A stretch of DNA of 64,000 nucleotides from a virus: positions 32,001-96,000 of the IMG/VR virus record IMGVR_UViG_3300021079_000001. One strand, 5' to 3'. Numbering within the stretch: position 1 is the first letter of the stretch; each line of letters begins with the position of its first letter. The notes under the pieces are model-generated. The model was not told where the DNA came from. It was given only the letters and a program-made list of their open reading frames with translations, and searched no databases. Below, piece after piece: positions 1 to 11,400 of this stretch. A program made the translations under genes and the position numbers.

Positions 1-1515
1 GAAGGAAACTTTAAAACACCATCGGATGCTATAACAGCTTATAGTCAAACTCCTCAAGGACAAAGATTAGAAAGTGCTGCTATAACTGCATTAGGTAATC
101 CAAATCTTTTAAGAAACCCTTGGAGAAATTTAGATGTAACTGCAGGAGAAAGAGCAGATGTTATTCCAAAGAGTGATTATGAATGGTATAATGATTTTAC
201 ATTGCCTCCAACTAATCAAAATATTGCTGCATATTTAAGAGATAATAGATCTGTAGGATTGGGCGCATGGAATAATAGACCTGATCTAAGATCAATATTT
301 GAAAATGCATCTAACGAACAGTCTGCATTATCAGATAGATTTAGTAACATTAGACATAATATTAGAAATACTATACCTCCTGGTGCTGAAAGAGAGGAAG
401 CAGAAAGGTTATCTGGTATACAACATGGGAAAGAGTATGAAACTATAAGTGCAAGACTTGCTAATCAGATAGAACAGGCACCTAATATGAGATTTAGACC
501 TGCTCCTTCTGAGTCTCCTGCTGCTACAGGATTAGAGTATTATAATAATAGAAACTTCCAGAATCTTCGTAGTATGGGGGATTTATATAGAGGAGAATAT
601 GATAGAATACTAAGAACTCCAACTACACCTCAATATAAATTTAGAACTCCTCCAGTTCCAGATAAACCTATAGAGGATATACTTAATGAAGTAGGAGTTA
701 GTAAGGAAGATGCAGATGCTTTCAAAACACACTTGAATAAGCCAAAGTCTGCACCTGGCATGTTGGATTACTCTGGAGGATTAAAAGAAGATATTCATAT
801 AAGTGATAAGAGTATACTAGAGAATACTGATGATATACCAAAACAGATAAAAACTTATGAAGATATAAAATCAAAGTTAAATCCTGATGATAGAAATCAT
901 GCTAAGGTGATAGCTCAACTTAACAGAAATCTATCAGATTTATACTCTACTAACTGGTTACGCAATGGTTTTCAGTATGAGTTAGCAAAAGAGGGAAAAG
1001 TTCCCACTAAGAAGAACTTATCTATACATACAATGGGAAGTGGTACAAAGTATCTGATAGATGAAGATGGTAAGGTATTAGGTAACATTTCAGGTATAGA
1101 TCCAAGTAGACCAAGAGTAGGAACTGCTGCTCTTTTAGAAGAGCATCACTCTGCAGTTGATCCTAATAACAATATGTCAGATGCTCTGTATAGAGGTATT
1201 AATCAAGGTCTAATGAAGGCTTATAATACTAATCTGGAAACTGCTAAGAACTTTGCATATACAGAACACTTTAATCCAACGACTGGAGAAGTAGAGAGAT
1301 TGCAAAGAGCAAAGAACTATTGGGAAAGTAGAATGAAACCAAGAAAAGGACTGAATGATTTACCTGCTGCAGAACCTACAGACTATGGAAACATTAAAAT
1401 GATTAGAGGATTAGCACCTTTTGTAGGAGTAGGAATAGGAGCAGCAGCAATGTCTCAACAAGATAATAAAAAATACGGTGGAGCAATTAACAAGAAGTGG
1501 TTATCAAAATATTAG
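1..1515 (+). CDS. Virion-associated/internal protein, 5'-truncated by the window edge
   Basis: Frame 1 is open from base 1 to the stop at 1515. It ends in a hydrophobic Gly/Ala segment plus KYGG...WLSKY and lies in the cargo-protein operon. Confidence 0.6.
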   Translation, partial: EGNFKTPSDAITAYSQTPQGQRLESAAITALGNPNLLRNPWRNLDVTAGERADVIPKSDYEWYNDFTLPPTNQNIAAYLRDNRSVGLGAWNNRPDLRSIFENASNEQSALSDRFSNIRHNIRNTIPPGAEREEAERLSGIQHGKEYETISARLANQIEQAPNMRFRPAPSESPAATGLEYYNNRNFQNLRSMGDLYRGEYDRILRTPTTPQYKFRTPPVPDKPIEDILNEVGVSKEDADAFKTHLNKPKSAPGMLDYSGGLKEDIHISDKSILENTDDIPKQIKTYEDIKSKLNPDDRNHAKVIAQLNRNLSDLYSTNWLRNGFQYELAKEGKVPTKKNLSIHTMGSGTKYLIDEDGKVLGNISGIDPSRPRVGTAALLEEHHSAVDPNNNMSDALYRGINQGLMKAYNTNLETAKNFAYTEHFNPTTGEVERLQRAKNYWESRMKPRKGLNDLPAAEPTDYGNIKMIRGLAPFVGVGIGAAAMSQQDNKKYGGAINKKWLSKY

Positions 1516-1518
1516 ACT

Positions 1519-4500
1519 ATGACACACAAATTCATGAAGTTAGCTAAGGTAAAGAGTGAGAAGGAATTCTATAAGAAGTTCCCAACAGAGGAGCACTTCT
1601 TCAAGGCTCACCCAATGGCTAGGTATGGGTATGCACTGAAGGCAGATGGAGGTACTCCTATGAACCTCAATGGTCCACAGCCCCCTGGGGAAAGATCCCG
1701 AACTGAATATGCTGGAGGTACTCCTATGGAACTCAATGGTCCACAGCCTATACAGAACCCACAGGGACTACCAACTAGGGATATAGAGGCAGGTATATAT
1801 AAATCTGGAGATATTCCACAACAGAACGTATACCAGGCACAGAAGCAGTATGATATGAGTATGCCAGTACAGGGTCAGCCAGGTAATGTTCCCGGTAGTG
1901 GACCTAGTGGTATGGCAGATGCTATGGATGATCCTAATGAACCTAATCAACCTGGTACTCCTCCTGATATGGGTGGTAATAATAATAAGGGACTTAGCAA
2001 GAGGCAACAAGCTGGACAGAGGTTCAAACAAGGAGCAGCTAAGGTAGGACAATGGGCTGGTGAACATGCAGGAGACCTATGGGCAGGAGCAACACAGGCA
2101 CTCAATATGGCTATACCACAGACACCGGTAAGACAAAATGTAAACCCGTATCAAATGGCTATCAACACTAACCCACAAGGTACAGGAAGTCATGCTGCTG
2201 CTAAGAATGGTACCAAGATGAAGAAGGGAAAGTATGCAGCAGATGGTACACAAATGCCTCAACAACCACTTAACTGGGACAACTTTAACGACTTCCATGC
2301 AGATCAGTCACGTAACAACCCACAGTACGGAACAGATACGCTTAACCATGGAAACTTCAACAATGAAGCTCTTTCTCAGTGGAACACTGTACATCCTGCA
2401 CAAGCTATACAACCAAACGACATATCAAGATATCAACAAGAAGGTAACGCAGATCCTACAGTAAGAAAACAGTTTGGGCCAAGTAACATAAAGGGTATAC
2501 TTGGCAGTAAGACAACTGGTTATAGTAAAATGGAGCATCAGTATGAACATTATGCCCCTTATACTGCTCCCGGAGGAGAAAGAAAATACGGGCTAGTTGA
2601 TCAGAAGGACTTTCGCACAGATGCTAATAAGGCAAACCAGTATATAGCCAGTCAGCAACCCAGAGATGAATATAAAGGATTCGGAGATCCCACACAAGAT
2701 GTAAACTACAAGGCACCTGGACAGGTAAGTGGGTTCAGTAACCCCTCACAACCTACTGCAGTACAGCCACAAGGACTGAAGGCGACAGGATTTCCCACAT
2801 ACGAACAATCAAAACAGAAGTACAACGAAAGGAAGGCATCAGGTAAGAAACTACCATCCAACTACTTTACAGGTAAGAGCAGTAGGCAATCAGGAGATCC
2901 TATAGGTGATGTACGTATGGGTAATGCTGATGAGGCATATACAGGTACCAAGATGTTCCCGGATAGTATCAACAGAGGTAAAAGGAACACCTACTTCGAT
3001 GATCCTGTGAAGAGTATACACATGGCAGAAGGTGGTGCACTATCTCCAGAGGATGCCGCTATATCCAAGGTGCTGATGGAACGTAATAGGGGTAAGAACT
3101 TTGTAGATAGGGCATTCTCTGCAGGTAATATACAGAAAGGACATATTGATAATGGCACTAAAGAGGATGATAAATATGAGCTACCATCACTTCCTAACTC
3201 ATCAGTTGCAGCATACCCATCTATACGAGATCCTCAGAATATGGGAGGGTATCAGTCACATAGAATGAGTTACTCAACAGGTGAGAAGTACGCTCCAGGT
3301 AAATATGCAGGACCTTATAGAGTGTATCCAGATATAGTACAGGACAAGTCAGGAAGATTGAAGAATCTTGGCAGAAAGGCTGAGGGATATGCAGAAGAGA
3401 CAGGTGAATATATAGAAGCTCCTACCCAACATGCTGCTGATGCTCTCTCCAATTACGGATACAAGAAGGCAACAGGTATACCTACATATGCTAATGGAGG
3501 CTATATGAAGATGGATGCAGGTGGATTCAGTAATACTCCAATACATGTACAAGGTCCTGCAGAGTACCTATCACTGGAGTCTATTGAACTACATGGTAAA
3601 TCACATGCAGCACATGGGCAGAAGATATATGCCAATGGTACACATGTAGAGGCTGAAGGACCTAATGGAGACGGTACAGGTGTAGGAGAGATAGTAGCCA
3701 ATGAACCACGTACAGGCACTCCACATGTACTGGGTAATCTACGCACATTACCGGAAACTGCTATGAAGTTAGCTGAAATGGGAGTGAAAGTAGGTAACAA
3801 CATGAAACACAAGGAAGTAGGTGAGATAATAGCCAAGGCAGAGAGAAATAACGACAAAATACAGACTAAGGTAAACTACCTGTTGAATACCAACCAACCT
3901 GGAGCTAACTATCAGGGTCCCTCATTCAACAGTGGTAAAGTGCTGGCAGATATACATGCTCAGAATAAAGTGAAGACAGATACAGCCAAACAGCTAGTAA
4001 TGGACGATATGAATATGCAGAATGATATAGCTGAGAAGATGGGTATGGACCCTAAGAAAGTAGGTAACTACATGAAGGATGCACAGAAGCTATCAGCAAA
4101 GTATGGAGTCAAGATGGCTGCAGGTGGGTCACTATACCAACCACTACAGATCACACCGGCAATGCCTACACAACACAGTCAGATAACACCACTATATGAT
4201 ATAGCACCTATGACTACCCGTAAGGATTGGGCTAATGATGGAAGTGCAGGTGGCAAACCTCGGTCATACATAACCAAGAGCCCTACTACAGTACCCGGTG
4301 ATATGATATTTGCTGCTAAAGGAGCTAAGGTTCCTGCAGCACAACGTGACAATACACCACTAACAGCTCAGGATATAGCAGAATTTGAAGATCTTAGGAA
4401 GAGCAACCCAGAGATGTTCACTGAAGACTATGGGCAGGGTAGAAAGAATGCTAAGTTACCAGGAGAAGGTAAACTGGCACTATGGGGACCTGGGTATAGG

Positions 4501-5544
4501 AATGTAAAAGAACATGCAGGAAAGTATACACAGACACCTAATCCTCCTGACTACATGAGTGTAGCATATCCTCCGTATATAGTACCAGTAGGTGATGACA
4601 ACCCACATATTACAGTACCTGAAGTAGACTGGAATAATAGAGAGAAACTGAATACACAACCGGGGCCAGATGTTAGTATGCTGAAGAACCCTAATGTAGA
4701 ACTCAATAAGTACACTCCAGCACAGAGACCAACTACCCATAAGGGAATACGGAACAGAGCTGGAATAACTGACTACCTACCGGAGATCATGAGTGCATTC
4801 GATCAGATAGAACCAGTACAGAGTCTACAGGCACGAACCAATCTGGAGGATACCTACACTATTGACTTTCAGAATGAGATTAATGATGTTAATCGGAGTT
4901 ATGATACTGCTATAAAAGCAGCTGCTAATAATCCTGGAGCACAAGCTACATTATTAGCACAAAAAAGCGAGGATCTCGGTAAAATACATACTAAAGCATT
5001 TCAGTACAACCAACAGAACCAAGGTGGTATAAGGGGTCGTAATATAGAAAGACTGGATAAAAGAGATGCAATGAACTTGCAACTGGACTCACAGAAACTG
5101 GATAGACAAGCCGCTGCTAAAGAAGCACATAGTGAGAGGATATTCGGAGCAGCATCTTCAATATCAAAAAATGAGCCACAGAGAAGGGCCCAGAACTGGA
5201 TGTTAGGTGCTGATGAAAAGGCTACAGGGTATATCATACAAGACAAAGATGGTAACTACCACAGGATAACACCAGATCACGAATATGCACACGATGGTCC
5301 ATATGGTATCAGTTCACTAGCTAATGATAAATCAACTACAGAAACAAAGTCATGGAAAGATCCAAAGACCGGAGAGACCTGGAAAAAAGTAACTAAAGAT
5401 GATGGTAATAACTACTACGGAGGTTATATGATGTCAGGTGGAGCTATGGGTGGAATGGCAGGAGGTACTATGGCTATGAGAGGTCCCAGTTACTTCGGTG
5501 TAGGTGGAGCAGATACTAAGAAGAAGAAAAAGAGAAAGAGCTAA
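1519..5544 (+). CDS. Modular low-complexity virion/ejection protein (1341 aa) punctuated by AxGG-type motifs
   Basis: Long ORF 3 nt after the previous stop; Q/P/G-rich; recurrent ADGG/YAGG/AEGG/ANGG/DAGG/AAGG/YYGG; GKSH..G..VEAEG segment; basic C-terminus KKKKRKS. Confidence 0.6.
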   Translation: MTHKFMKLAKVKSEKEFYKKFPTEEHFFKAHPMARYGYALKADGGTPMNLNGPQPPGERSRTEYAGGTPMELNGPQPIQNPQGLPTRDIEAGIYKSGDIPQQNVYQAQKQYDMSMPVQGQPGNVPGSGPSGMADAMDDPNEPNQPGTPPDMGGNNNKGLSKRQQAGQRFKQGAAKVGQWAGEHAGDLWAGATQALNMAIPQTPVRQNVNPYQMAINTNPQGTGSHAAAKNGTKMKKGKYAADGTQMPQQPLNWDNFNDFHADQSRNNPQYGTDTLNHGNFNNEALSQWNTVHPAQAIQPNDISRYQQEGNADPTVRKQFGPSNIKGILGSKTTGYSKMEHQYEHYAPYTAPGGERKYGLVDQKDFRTDANKANQYIASQQPRDEYKGFGDPTQDVNYKAPGQVSGFSNPSQPTAVQPQGLKATGFPTYEQSKQKYNERKASGKKLPSNYFTGKSSRQSGDPIGDVRMGNADEAYTGTKMFPDSINRGKRNTYFDDPVKSIHMAEGGALSPEDAAISKVLMERNRGKNFVDRAFSAGNIQKGHIDNGTKEDDKYELPSLPNSSVAAYPSIRDPQNMGGYQSHRMSYSTGEKYAPGKYAGPYRVYPDIVQDKSGRLKNLGRKAEGYAEETGEYIEAPTQHAADALSNYGYKKATGIPTYANGGYMKMDAGGFSNTPIHVQGPAEYLSLESIELHGKSHAAHGQKIYANGTHVEAEGPNGDGTGVGEIVANEPRTGTPHVLGNLRTLPETAMKLAEMGVKVGNNMKHKEVGEIIAKAERNNDKIQTKVNYLLNTNQPGANYQGPSFNSGKVLADIHAQNKVKTDTAKQLVMDDMNMQNDIAEKMGMDPKKVGNYMKDAQKLSAKYGVKMAAGGSLYQPLQITPAMPTQHSQITPLYDIAPMTTRKDWANDGSAGGKPRSYITKSPTTVPGDMIFAAKGAKVPAAQRDNTPLTAQDIAEFEDLRKSNPEMFTEDYGQGRKNAKLPGEGKLALWGPGYRNVKEHAGKYTQTPNPPDYMSVAYPPYIVPVGDDNPHITVPEVDWNNREKLNTQPGPDVSMLKNPNVELNKYTPAQRPTTHKGIRNRAGITDYLPEIMSAFDQIEPVQSLQARTNLEDTYTIDFQNEINDVNRSYDTAIKAAANNPGAQATLLAQKSEDLGKIHTKAFQYNQQNQGGIRGRNIERLDKRDAMNLQLDSQKLDRQAAAKEAHSERIFGAASSISKNEPQRRAQNWMLGADEKATGYIIQDKDGNYHRITPDHEYAHDGPYGISSLANDKSTTETKSWKDPKTGETWKKVTKDDGNNYYGGYMMSGGAMGGMAGGTMAMRGPSYFGVGGADTKKKKKRKS
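1648..1748 (+). repeat. Two imperfect 35-nt direct repeats encoding GGTPMxLNGPQP
   Basis: ggaggtactcctatgaacctcaatggtccacagcc (1648-1682) and ggaggtactcctatggaactcaatggtccacagcc (1714-1748). Confidence 0.9.
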
Positions 5545-5598
5545 CTAATCTGGTGAGGAATTTCCAGTAATCTATATATACAATCTAACTAAGTTCAC

Positions 5599-5606
5599 TA
5601 CCTTTG
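5599..5606 (+). promoter_or_regulatory. Bacteroidota-type -7 promoter element (TACCTTTG)
   Basis: Matches TAnnTTTG in the intergenic gap about 30 nt upstream of the ATG at 5639. Confidence 0.55.
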
Positions 5607-5638
5607 TAAAGAGAGGTCTGTGAACCTAATCATATAAT

Positions 5639-8434
5639 ATGAGTTCATATCTATCCCAACCACGTCAGTATAATGCATATGTTCCCGAAATCAACTCGGA
5701 AATGTATGGTAAATTACTTGAACAGAAAAAAGAAGCCTACGATAAAGGTGTACAGAAAATCGATAATACTATCACACAGGTAGCTTCATTACCAGTATAC
5801 AGGGAAGATGATAAAAAGCATCTACGAGATCTTGTAGAAGGGATAACAACTGAACTTAACCAGCAACATGGAGCAGACTGGAGTGACCAGCATCTCAATA
5901 ACCTAACTACCAGGCACATATCAGCTATTGCTAATGATCCTAGAGTACAAAGTAATGTCGCATCTACAATGCAAGCTAAGTCATACATGCAAAAGATGAA
6001 AGACGACTATGAAACTAATGGAAATAAGGCTGTATATAACCAGAAGGATGGAGAAGCAGAGATACAAAGTTGGTTACAGAACCCTGATGGTATGGCAAAG
6101 TTTAATCAGGACTATTTTGGTTATCATGATCCTGTTGGAGACTTTGGTAAATTCTTTAAAGACAAAAAACCTAATAGTAGAATATCTGTACAATATGCAG
6201 GTAATCATTATGATCAGAATGGTAATGTCATGAAAGATGCTAAAGGGAGGGCTATCATGGATACTAAATTAGCTGCACAAACATGGGAAGCTAAGATAGA
6301 GAAATGGAAGGAAATATCCCCCATAGAAGTACAACAAGAGTGGCAGGAATTCATAAAGACCAATCCAGCATATCAAAAACAATTAGAGATAAATGCCAAG
6401 TATACAACAACTTCTCCCCAAGAAGTTCTTAGTCTAGCTGTAAAGACAAAGACTAATGAAATACAAACACAGCAACGAGCTGTACAAGAAGCTAATCTAC
6501 AAATGGGATTACTTCCTGCTGGTGATCCTAATAGAGAGTCTCTTCAAAAAGATATAAACTACTATACTGCTAAGTTAGAAGATAATAAGAAGTTATTAGA
6601 TCCTAGCTTCCTGGAGAAAAAGAGAAGAGAGTTTGAAACTGATCCGTCAAGTATGGATAAGTTTAAGTACTCAGTATATGTAGATAGCCTAAATGATATG
6701 ATTGCCAGGAGATATTCATACGTAGAGGACCATGATGTGAAACTAGAAGGTATGTCTCCGGAACAAAGAAAGGATAAGAATGAGACACTGGAACAGGGAC
6801 GACAAAGGATAGCTATAGAACAGGAAAGATTGAAAATAGCAGAAAGACATGAACGACTATGGGAGTCTGCTGCTGCTGCTAAACAAAAAAAAGCAGAAGG
6901 TTTAGACCATGCCAGTGAATATGGGGCTAATACTAAAACAAAAGATAATGCTACAGAATTTACAAATCAAAAAGATGAAAAAGCATTGAATATAGTTAAT
7001 TCAACTAACGACTACATGTTCAACACATGGGGTAGAAAATATGCAGATGCTTTTGATGTAGATGAGAATAATAAACCACATCTTAAATCAGTAATACCTA
7101 GTCCTAAAACAGATAAAGAGAAGGAGATAAATGATGCTATATTCAATGTACAGGAATTATATAATCAACAGAAAGATGCATTCTCAGGTAAGACTAAATT
7201 GCAACTAGGACCTGTTACAAAAAACCATTTTAACAGTATTAGTATGCAAGACAGACTAGTAGATGCTATGGGTAATGTGTTAAAACAAGGTCAGGATGCA
7301 TTTACAAAAACTCCTGAATATCTGGATCAACAGCGTGGTATAAATGCAATTGCTGATCATGCTAATGAATTTGCCAGTGCGTATGGGTTTAATGGTACAA
7401 CTGTAAGGAAATTTGCATTAACTCTGAAGAATCTAAAGAAAGATAACCCTGTAGAGGCTAATAACTTTATAAATAGAGTTTTAAATAAAGGTACGGATAG
7501 TCTCAATCTCTGGGCGAGTAATCAACCTACTTCTGGTGAGATGATAGTAGTTAAGAAGTTGTCTCAAAATCTATTAGGTATTAGTAATCCATCATCTGCC
7601 GATATACAAAAATTAAAAGGAATGATAGGATCAATATACTCTATAGATAAGCTATTGAAAGGTACTGGTGCTGAAAGTCCATTAGATGTATACAATAAAG
7701 GGCTGGATAAGGAAAATAGCTTCATGGGTAATTACTTAACTGCTAATAATTACTTGGTTAACCAACAGTATATACCATGGTTAATTACTGAGAAATCAGG
7801 TAAGGAAGTAAGACCATCTGATGATTTAATAGTTCCTTTACTACATGGTGTACCTTCTAAGTTACTGCAGAGTAAAGAAGCACAAGGCGTAGGATTTGTA
7901 CAGGATGTAGGTACCGGGCAATTCAAAATGGTAATAAAAGGCTCTAAAGGAAAAGATGAAGAATTTCCTATAACCAGACAAGAGGCTATAGATAATGGAG
8001 CATCTGACTTACAGACTGAAGATGAATTAAGCCAATTAATAAGAATTAATAAAAACAGGACAGGTGGCACATCATCTACTACCAGTAAAGATTGGGACGA
8101 CAGATCATTTTCAGATGCAGTACCTCTTACTGAGAAAGTGCTTAATGGTTCTCTGCAGGATATAAGGTATCATGTTAAACAGGAGAGTGGGCAATATTAC
8201 ATGGAACTCTGGGTAAAAGATCCTAATAATGAAAATGATAAAGGGCATCCTTATATAGATCCTGCAACTAAACAGATACTAACCGCTACTAATTCAAGCC
8301 TAACTAATATCAGAATATCTCTTAATAACTTCGCAAGAGGCAATTCACTTGCTGTACCTGCACAGTATTATGACTTTAATGACCGTTCTTATATGAGTTC
8401 AGATCAAAATCAAGATAATAATGCCGGACAATAA
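5639..8434 (+). CDS. Internal virion cargo/ejection protein (931 aa)
   Basis: Helical/coiled-coil N-terminus (YNAYVPE...LLEQKKEAYD); lies immediately upstream of the virion RNAP, as in crAss-like phages. Confidence 0.6.
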   Translation: MSSYLSQPRQYNAYVPEINSEMYGKLLEQKKEAYDKGVQKIDNTITQVASLPVYREDDKKHLRDLVEGITTELNQQHGADWSDQHLNNLTTRHISAIANDPRVQSNVASTMQAKSYMQKMKDDYETNGNKAVYNQKDGEAEIQSWLQNPDGMAKFNQDYFGYHDPVGDFGKFFKDKKPNSRISVQYAGNHYDQNGNVMKDAKGRAIMDTKLAAQTWEAKIEKWKEISPIEVQQEWQEFIKTNPAYQKQLEINAKYTTTSPQEVLSLAVKTKTNEIQTQQRAVQEANLQMGLLPAGDPNRESLQKDINYYTAKLEDNKKLLDPSFLEKKRREFETDPSSMDKFKYSVYVDSLNDMIARRYSYVEDHDVKLEGMSPEQRKDKNETLEQGRQRIAIEQERLKIAERHERLWESAAAAKQKKAEGLDHASEYGANTKTKDNATEFTNQKDEKALNIVNSTNDYMFNTWGRKYADAFDVDENNKPHLKSVIPSPKTDKEKEINDAIFNVQELYNQQKDAFSGKTKLQLGPVTKNHFNSISMQDRLVDAMGNVLKQGQDAFTKTPEYLDQQRGINAIADHANEFASAYGFNGTTVRKFALTLKNLKKDNPVEANNFINRVLNKGTDSLNLWASNQPTSGEMIVVKKLSQNLLGISNPSSADIQKLKGMIGSIYSIDKLLKGTGAESPLDVYNKGLDKENSFMGNYLTANNYLVNQQYIPWLITEKSGKEVRPSDDLIVPLLHGVPSKLLQSKEAQGVGFVQDVGTGQFKMVIKGSKGKDEEFPITRQEAIDNGASDLQTEDELSQLIRINKNRTGGTSSTTSKDWDDRSFSDAVPLTEKVLNGSLQDIRYHVKQESGQYYMELWVKDPNNENDKGHPYIDPATKQILTATNSSLTNIRISLNNFARGNSLAVPAQYYDFNDRSYMSSDQNQDNNAGQ

Positions 8435-11400
8435 CACAACTATACCAAGCACTGACCGTGGAATGAATGACAGGTCTTTAGATATTAATACAAGTTTGGC
8501 ACAGACTCAATCCGCATTTGAACAAGCAACCCAAGTGCATGAGATGCTACCTGTAGTAACACCAGGATTAGCTAAAGCACAAGCACCTAGTGGTGGAAGG
8601 AAAAGAGATGAGATGTATGATGCTTTTAAAGGGCTTACAGATCAAGTAGATAATGCTACAGCAAGACACCCTGAAGACAATTCGTATATATCTAAAGTGG
8701 ACCTACCTAAAGACTACGATAGATACCCTGTATACTATCAAGGTCTTAATAATGAAGATAGAGAAGGTAAACGACAAGGTACTCTGGAGAAATTAGGATA
8801 TGGTCTTGCTAGAGGATTAAATTCTGCCGGTAAAGTATTTGCTGATAATACAATAGGGCTTGTTGCCAACACAGCATCTTGGTTATCTGGAGGAGGTTTT
8901 ATTGACACTGATTGGAATAAAATGTCTAAAGCATGGGGAGACTCTGTAGAGAAATCTACTCCATTATACATAACAGATGCTGAAAAAAATAAGAATTGGT
9001 ATGACCCTACAGGATGGATAACAGGAAACCATATAGCAGGTCTCATGGAAAATATGGGCTTTGTGGCAGGGATGGCAGGTTCTATGTATGCATTTGGAGG
9101 ACTTGGGAATGCTGCTGAAGGTATTAGTGTAGGTAAGACATCTCTGCAACTGGGAGAAGTTGAAACAACTCTTGGAGCTCGTCTATCTGGTAATGTTGCT
9201 TATAAAGAAGGTGTAGCTAATTTGGCTAAAATTAATTCTGTAATAGGAGATGTACCTGAAGGAAGTAAATGGGCAGCTCAGATAACAGAAGAAATTAATG
9301 GTGCTAAAACTGCACAAGATGTTGTAAAGGTAACTAAGAAGTGGAAAGATCTGGCAGAAACGTATTCTACTCAAGCTAAATTATATGGACAAGGTAAGAA
9401 TGCATTGATAACAGCTACTGCTAATTTGGGTATGGCAAGTGGTATGGGGTATGATGCTAATTTGAACTTTACCCAGAAAATGTATGATGAGATACGCACT
9501 AAAGAGAATAGAGAACCATCTGCTGAAGAAAAAGCTAAGATAAAAGAGTTGGCAGGAACTGTAGGTACAGTCACTACAGTACTGACTACATTAGCATCTA
9601 TGGTATCCTTTGGTGGTGTATTCAAAGGGTTATTGAATAAAGAAGGTACGGAAGTTGCACTCAGAGAGTCTATTGATGATATAATGATTAAAGGTGAGAA
9701 GGGGCAGCTATCAATGAAAGGTACACCTCATCTGGGAGAGACAGTCTATGAACCTTATAAATTCTCACCTACTGCTACTAGTAAGATTGGTCAATTTGGA
9801 CAGAAAGCCTGGGATGTTACTAAAAGAATAAGCGGAAAAGCTGGTACATTTATAGACCCTTGGGCAGGTGCAGGTATGGTAGAGTTTTCTACTATCTCAC
9901 CTACTGTAGAAAACTACTATGGTAAGAAATACATGACAGGTGAAGAAGATGTAGCTGGAGCAATAGGTAGCACTTTTAAAGATATGAGTATCAAGGATTT
10001 ATTGGGAACATTTGTAACCGGTATGCTGGCCCCTATGCCATTTGAAATAGCAGGTAAGTTAAGAGAAACTAAAGCTACAAAAGATAATACATCGGCTGCT
10101 GCAAAGGCATTTACTGATAACTATATGGGTGGTTATTTACATATGCTACAAGGCAGTATTAGCAGAGGTAAAGTAATATCCAGGGATATAGTAGAAAAAG
10201 AAAGAGTTGGAGATAAAGAAGGTGCCAATAATAGCAGAAGGGAGCAATGGGAAAGTTATTTATATCCTAGAATACGTCATGGTCAGAAATGGTTAGTTGA
10301 TCAAGATATACAGGGGTATCGTGAAGAAGTATCTACTGAAGAAGGTATACGTAGACTACAGGCCAAAGGAGAATTTCCTAAAGGGGATAATTTGTTGGAA
10401 CTGAAGGATAACTTCCTGGCACACTTGGATGAAATGAAGAAACAAGCAGATGCTGCTGAGAGTTATTATAAGGCTATTACACTGGAGTATGGTGGGTATA
10501 CAGATGCTGCAGGTAAAAGAATATTCAATGATGAGCATGTAGAGAAAATGATGTATCTCTCTGGCATGACAGATTACTCATCTGAAAGAATAGATAAAAT
10601 AGCTGGAGAACTTAGAACATCTGATGTATTAACCAGTTTATATAATGGTGCTGATAAAGACCTGAATAAGTTAATACTGGCACTTAGTAAACCGACAATA
10701 GATCCAGCAGTTGTTCGTGTAAAAGATATAGAAAGCAGTGCAAGAAGTATTGCTGATAAGTTATTCAAAGCTATTGCAGATAAGGTAAAAGATAATACAT
10801 TACCTATAGATAAAGCTAAAGAACTTAGAACTAAATTAGCTAATATAATAAGGTTCCAGGCAGATAAGAGTAACTATATCAGTGAGTATAAGAATATTAT
10901 TAATAACCCTGAAGCTCATACGGATAACATTAAAGAACAGTTAGTACCATCATCTACATCTGGTACTCCACAAGCAGCAGGAGAAACTAATGTTATCAAA
11001 GGTCCTACTATCAAGTTAATACATGGTAACAGTGTAAAAGATGACAAAGGAAAGACTGTACCCTCTGATATAGAAGTAGGTAAAGAGTACAGTGCAGGTA
11101 TGAAGATGGTACCAGCTAGTTACAAAGGGCATATAGGTAGTGTGGGGGAATTTGCACAATTTACAGTAGTAGGTGAACATTATAGAAAAGTGGAAGGACA
11201 AGTATACAGAGCAGGTCAGCCAGATATATCTCCTACACCATTACTTAATCCTGCAGGAGACCCTGTTATGAAAGGTCGTCATATAGATATCCAATATAAA
11301 CAAGGAGATTCTATATTACAAAAAGCAGTAAAAGCGGAACAGTTTGCTCAGTATAAACTGGTAAAAGTAGAAGACCTTGACAAGAATACCAACCTTAGTT

